This document shows, piece after piece, positions 47,813 through 51,856 of a DNA stretch of 51,856 nucleotides. Both the position numbers and the translations under genes were made by a program. The stretch lies in the NCBI GenBank assembly GCA_037137755.1, contig JBAXJR010000017.1, forward strand, positions 1 through 51,856, given 5' to 3'. The notes under the pieces are model-generated. The model did no database searches. It saw nothing but the letters and a program-made list of their open reading frames with translations, and had not been told where the DNA came from. This DNA is from Methanomicrobiales archaeon. GTDB lineage: Archaea > Halobacteriota > Methanomicrobia > Methanomicrobiales > Methanospirillaceae. Numbering within the stretch: the stretch's first letter is position 1; the number at the start of each line of letters is the position of its first letter.

Positions 47813-48994
47813 TCATCTCCCGCTAGTCCCTTCCTTCATCTCATCAACCACAATCCGGATACCACTCACGGTATCAAATTCCAGGACCCTTTGCTCAACC
47901 CGGCGTACCATCCCGGTACTTGTCAGGATCAACGAGGATTCTCCTATAATTGCCCGCAAAATACATTTATCGATCACCCCGTAGGTAAAATCAAGGGGGA
48001 TGTGATTGTCTGCCGCATGCTGTTTCGCACGGGTCCCCATCGCTCCGATTGATATTCCCGGGCGTGAGGCGAGCCACCCGGGTAATGAATCATGCGGGGA
48101 CGAATCAACATCGAACACGCTGATTGTCCCGGGGGAAGCATGAGAACAGGGTGTTTTCTGAAACGCAACGTCAATCACCTGCAGCATGTCAAGTACGGTC
48201 CTCGGTTTTCTTTCCGGCAGTGAATAGCCCCGCTTTTCAAGTTCAAAATAAAGGTCGAGCAGGATCGGCATCGACAGGTGTGCCTGCCTGACGTATTCGG
48301 GCCTGCCAAATGCCACATCCGGTATTGCTTCCTGGAGAATTTTACCCTCTAACAGGAGGATTGCACGGTCAGCCCACGGGTACGCGAGCTCAATGTCATG
48401 CGTTGAAATAATTATGGTCTTGCCCTGGTGATTGAGTTCATCAAGGAGTTCCATAATGTCCTCTGAACCTGATGGATCAAGACCGCTGGTTGGTTCATCA
48501 AATACGAGGAGATCCGGGTCCATAGCAAGCACCCCCGCAATCGCCACCCGTTTCTTCTCTCCTCCTGAAAGGAGATGGGGAGGGCGGCGTTCGAACCCCT
48601 CGAGTCCCACGTACCGGAGCGCCCCGGTAACAGCCTGCTTGACCTCGCTCTCGCTGTACCCGAGGTTGACAGGGCCGAATGCCACATCCTGGTATACCGT
48701 CGGTGCAATAATCTGCCGGTCCGGGTTCTGGAGGACAAAACCCACTCGTTTGCGTAATTTCCGGAGCGACTGCTTATCATAGCTGACCGGCTCGTTATCA
48801 AAAAGGATAATCCCTGAATCAGGGCGTATCATCCCGTTGAACATCAGCATGAGTGTGGATTTTCCGGCACCGTTGGGACCGACAAGGGCTATTTTTTCCC
48901 CTTTCCGTATATGAAAACTGATACCCCGTATCGCTTCCATCCCCCGCGGGTAGTGGTACCGGATCTCCCTTGCTTCAAGAATGATGCTGCTCAT
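47813..48994 (-). CDS. cbiO: Cobalt ECF transporter ATPase with C-terminal extension
   Basis: GPNGAGKST, QNPD, LSGGEKKR, DEPT and STHD motifs; operon context. Confidence 0.92.
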   Translation of the reverse strand: MSSIILEAREIRYHYPRGMEAIRGISFHIRKGEKIALVGPNGAGKSTLMLMFNGMIRPDSGIILFDNEPVSYDKQSLRKLRKRVGFVLQNPDRQIIAPTVYQDVAFGPVNLGYSESEVKQAVTGALRYVGLEGFERRPPHLLSGGEKKRVAIAGVLAMDPDLLVFDEPTSGLDPSGSEDIMELLDELNHQGKTIIISTHDIELAYPWADRAILLLEGKILQEAIPDVAFGRPEYVRQAHLSMPILLDLYFELEKRGYSLPERKPRTVLDMLQVIDVAFQKTPCSHASPGTISVFDVDSSPHDSLPGWLASRPGISIGAMGTRAKQHAADNHIPLDFTYGVIDKCILRAIIGESSLILTSTGMVRRVEQRVLEFDTVSGIRIVVDEMKEGTSGR

Positions 48995-49004
48995 GGAACA
49001 AAAC

Positions 49005-49793
49005 CTATATCATGACAATATTTCGTGTAATAACCACGATCACTAACGATACCAGGAGAAATAACCCAACTGTCACCAGGGAATAACAGTTCACCGGGCC
49101 GGTCTCCCCGAGGACCGCAAACTTTCCTGAATAACAACGTGCGTCCATTGCCCGGACCAGATCTTCCCCGGCATCCCAGCTGGCGATAAATACTGAACCA
49201 CACAGGGTGGAGAAGGTCTCAATCGATTCACGGAAGGAGGAGTACCCGAGGCGCATCACCTGGGCCTGGTATGTCTGTACAAGCAGGTGCATGATCATGA
49301 AGATGGTCCGGTAGATCATCATCGTGAGGTCAAGGACTGCCTCAGGGATCCGGCACCGTCTCATCACGATGAAGAGGTCCGTCATGGGTGTAGTAAGGGC
49401 AATGAAGATCAGTGCCGACATCCCCCCGATAACCCTGCAGAATACAAAAATACCCTCGTTGAGGCTTTCACGGGTAATAGAGAGCGAGAGCCATGGAAGT
49501 GGGTCCCAGATCCAGTATACCTCATTTCCACCGGACAGGAGAATAATTACCAGGACACTCATGACTGCAAACCAGAACGGCACGATGAAAAGTTCCGCGT
49601 ACGTCTTTACATCGACCCTGGCGAGGAGGATGATTGCACAGGATAGCAGGACCGCAATAAAGAGTGGGGCAATGAAACTCGTGGAGAGGAGGCAGAGAAT
49701 GATTGCACCGAGGCCGGCCATAAGTTTTACGTAGGTATTGACCTCCCTCAGCCCGTTCGTCTGGGCAATATCTTCTAGTAACTCTTCATACAT
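49005..49793 (-). CDS. cbiQ: Cobalt ECF transporter T component
   Basis: LTTPMTDL, IYRTIF, MRLGY and AMDARCY motifs. Confidence 0.92.
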   Translation of the reverse strand: MYEELLEDIAQTNGLREVNTYVKLMAGLGAIILCLLSTSFIAPLFIAVLLSCAIILLARVDVKTYAELFIVPFWFAVMSVLVIILLSGGNEVYWIWDPLPWLSLSITRESLNEGIFVFCRVIGGMSALIFIALTTPMTDLFIVMRRCRIPEAVLDLTMMIYRTIFMIMHLLVQTYQAQVMRLGYSSFRESIETFSTLCGSVFIASWDAGEDLVRAMDARCYSGKFAVLGETGPVNCYSLVTVGLFLLVSLVIVVITRNIVMI

Positions 49794-49805
49794 TGCTGCG
49801 ACACT

Positions 49806-50117
49806 TCAGGTGCTTTTTGTTCCTTTTTTCTGCCCGATCCAGTAGCCGAACACCAGGCCTACCATGATGCCGCCAATTGCTGCCTGCAGGGCGAACAATC
49901 CGGATTCAATTTCTGCACTTGGGGGGACCCACTGCGGTATTAATGGATGGATTTCATCTGGCGGCACTCCTGCCAGTTCAGCAATTTTTTCTGACCCGGC
50001 CGTGTCAGATCCCGAAAATTGTGCGTTGCCCGATATTGAACTTGTGTAGATGAACAGGATACAAAATATAATAACGGCTACCAGTGCCAGGATCTCTAAC
50101 CGGTGATTTTTTGCCAT
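49806..50117 (-). CDS. cbiN: Cobalt transport protein CbiN
   Basis: FSGSD and PPSAEIESGLFALQAAIG; 2 TM. Confidence 0.92.
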   Translation of the reverse strand: MAKNHRLEILALVAVIIFCILFIYTSSISGNAQFSGSDTAGSEKIAELAGVPPDEIHPLIPQWVPPSAEIESGLFALQAAIGGIMVGLVFGYWIGQKKGTKST

Positions 50118-50123
50118 TTTCAG

Positions 50124-50813
50124 TTATTCCCCCCTTGCGGCGTTTATTTTTTCCTCAGGGAACACCTTCATCCGCAGAAGGATATCAGGTTTGAGCTGCA
50201 CGATGTACTTGAACACCAACGCAAGGACAATTCCCTCAACGATGGCAAGCGGTACCTGCGTAATAGCAAAAATACCTAAAAAGAGAACGAATGAGCTGCC
50301 TACACCGCCCACCTGGGCAGGGTACGCCAGGGCCAGTTCCAGCGACGTCGTAATATAGGTGAACATATCAGCAAGCATGCAGGCAAGGAACACCGTGAGA
50401 AACATATTCACACGGGTCTCACGGAGTCCCCTGTATACGGCATATCCAGCAATGGGACCGACTATCCCCATCGAGACGACATTCGCGCCGAGGACGGACA
50501 GCCCGCCATGGGCAAGAAAAAGTGCCTGGAAAAGCAGCACGATCGCGCACACAACAGAGGTTATCCATGGACCGAAGCAGATGGCAGAGAGACCGGTGCC
50601 GGTCGGGTGGGAGCAGCTACCGGTCACTGAAGGGAGTTTCAGTGAAGACAGAATAAAAATAAAACCCCCGGTCACCCCGAGCAGGGGGAGCGCTTCTCGG
50701 TCGGCATCCAGCACTTTTTTCAACCGGTAAATGCCATAGACAAGGCAGGGGAGGGCGATTGCCCACCAGAAAACAGCCCAGTTCAACGGCAGAAAGCCTT
50801 CCATGATATGCAT
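50124..50813 (-). CDS. cbiM: Cobalt ECF transporter S component
   Basis: Metal-binding N-terminus MHIMEGFLP (start 50813), GSCSHPTGTG and AHGG. Confidence 0.95.
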   Translation of the reverse strand: MHIMEGFLPLNWAVFWWAIALPCLVYGIYRLKKVLDADREALPLLGVTGGFIFILSSLKLPSVTGSCSHPTGTGLSAICFGPWITSVVCAIVLLFQALFLAHGGLSVLGANVVSMGIVGPIAGYAVYRGLRETRVNMFLTVFLACMLADMFTYITTSLELALAYPAQVGGVGSSFVLFLGIFAITQVPLAIVEGIVLALVFKYIVQLKPDILLRMKVFPEEKINAARGE

Positions 50814-50991
50814 ATGTTCGATATCTCCAATCAATAAAATTTGTTTTAACTTAATATTACTTTATTATTTGATACTAATTATCGATTCCGGTTTTTTTCT
50901 AACCATCCAAGTATCGAAAAACACTAGGCATATTTCAACCGGATTCATGCATAAAATGTCAGCATTGGGATTTTTGTTCCACAAAAATGGA

Positions 50992-51627
50992 TCAGATGTA
51001 TGATGGGACCATGGTAAGTGCAATGACCAGCACCGCGAAGGAAACTGCAATCATGACAACGAATATCACCGGGTTCCATTCGAGGACTTTCTTCCCGTCA
51101 AGGACACTGATAGGGAGGAGGTTGAATGCGGCAATCATTGCATTGATCTGGAGTCCCATCATCCCGACAAAGCCTAATACAGGCCCCCATCCGGTGATGA
51201 GGGGGGTCATAAGGACCATGATCCCGAACGGAATGCAGAGCACGAGGTTTGTGGCAGGGCCGACTGCAGAAATTTTTCCATTCTGTTCCTTCGACAGCCC
51301 GCCCCCGTAAATGACCGTGGCACCTGGAGCCGCAAATACAACGTGGACCAGTGCCGCTAAAACAACAGACATCAGGAGCATGACGTTATCTTTCCTGAAT
51401 TCTGCATAATAGCCGTATTTCATGGCAGTAAACTTGTGGGCCATTTCATGCAGAACAAAACCGATTCCCACCGTCAGGCAGGATATCCCAAAGATGTAAA
51501 GGAAGAACAGGGGGTCTATTTTTCCATTAAAACTTGAGAGCACGATTGCAAGGGTGAACGCAATCGTGATCCCAAGCCACGCAATGAAGAGATCAAAGCG
51601 CTCCCTTCGAGTTATTAGTTCGAGCAT
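50992..51627 (-). CDS. M50 family (site-2) zinc metalloprotease
   Basis: HEMAH, VGPATN and FNLLP..LDG motifs. Confidence 0.9.
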   Translation of the reverse strand: MLELITRRERFDLFIAWLGITIAFTLAIVLSSFNGKIDPLFFLYIFGISCLTVGIGFVLHEMAHKFTAMKYGYYAEFRKDNVMLLMSVVLAALVHVVFAAPGATVIYGGGLSKEQNGKISAVGPATNLVLCIPFGIMVLMTPLITGWGPVLGFVGMMGLQINAMIAAFNLLPISVLDGKKVLEWNPVIFVVMIAVSFAVLVIALTMVPSYI

Positions 51628-51856
51628 AAATTGTCCTGTACTGGTGGTAGTTCCCGGGGCTTATTTGCTTCGGATGGCCCATAACACAGATTTGTTCCTG
51701 CATGCGAACAAAAAAATAACCGGAATCTTCCAGGTATGGTTTTCTGGACTGCAGGATTGCAGGGGATCATCGATGCCTTGTCCGTATGCCTGCCGGGGAA
51801 CACATTTAAACCTTTAAACTGCTGCAAGTAGGTACTATGCCAATCGAGTCACTCAG

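Noticed and set aside
50835-50990. Cobalamin riboswitch or NikR operator upstream of cbiM
   Set aside because: The region is AT-rich with no B12-box, and I found no correctly spaced NikR-type palindrome.

Overview
The window looks like chromosomal DNA of a methanogenic archaeon, most likely Methanomicrobiales. This is inferred from tfrAB, the Lsm-rpl37e-purF and PUA-sepF-ZPR1 blocks, an archaeal initiator tRNA-Met and methanogen-type beta-propeller/PKD surface proteins. Housekeeping content includes lysS (class II), a DrrAB-like ABC exporter, an Lhr-like helicase, a Na+/solute symporter, trxA, purF, purM, aspartate kinase, cbiMNQO, an M50 peptidase and an oxidative-stress cluster. Four things stand out. 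(1) An intact IS110-family recombinase element (~28185-29709). Its 5' non-coding end folds into a two-loop bridge-RNA-like structure; one loop matches the flanking target (ATTTAATAT) and the other matches the predicted donor junction (TTTCATGA), and G-U pairing suggests the RNA is antisense to the recombinase. (2) A co-oriented locus (12200-22346) encoding a winged-helix-FHA regulator, a receptor-like membrane Ser/Thr kinase, a PP2C phosphatase, a stand-alone calpain-like (C2) cysteine protease and a large surface protein with a truncated paralog. (3) A structure-conserved intergenic repeat present twice. (4) A wHTH/membrane/secreted PEBP-fusion module. All calls are by motif recognition and by-eye alignment; no searches or folding programs were run.
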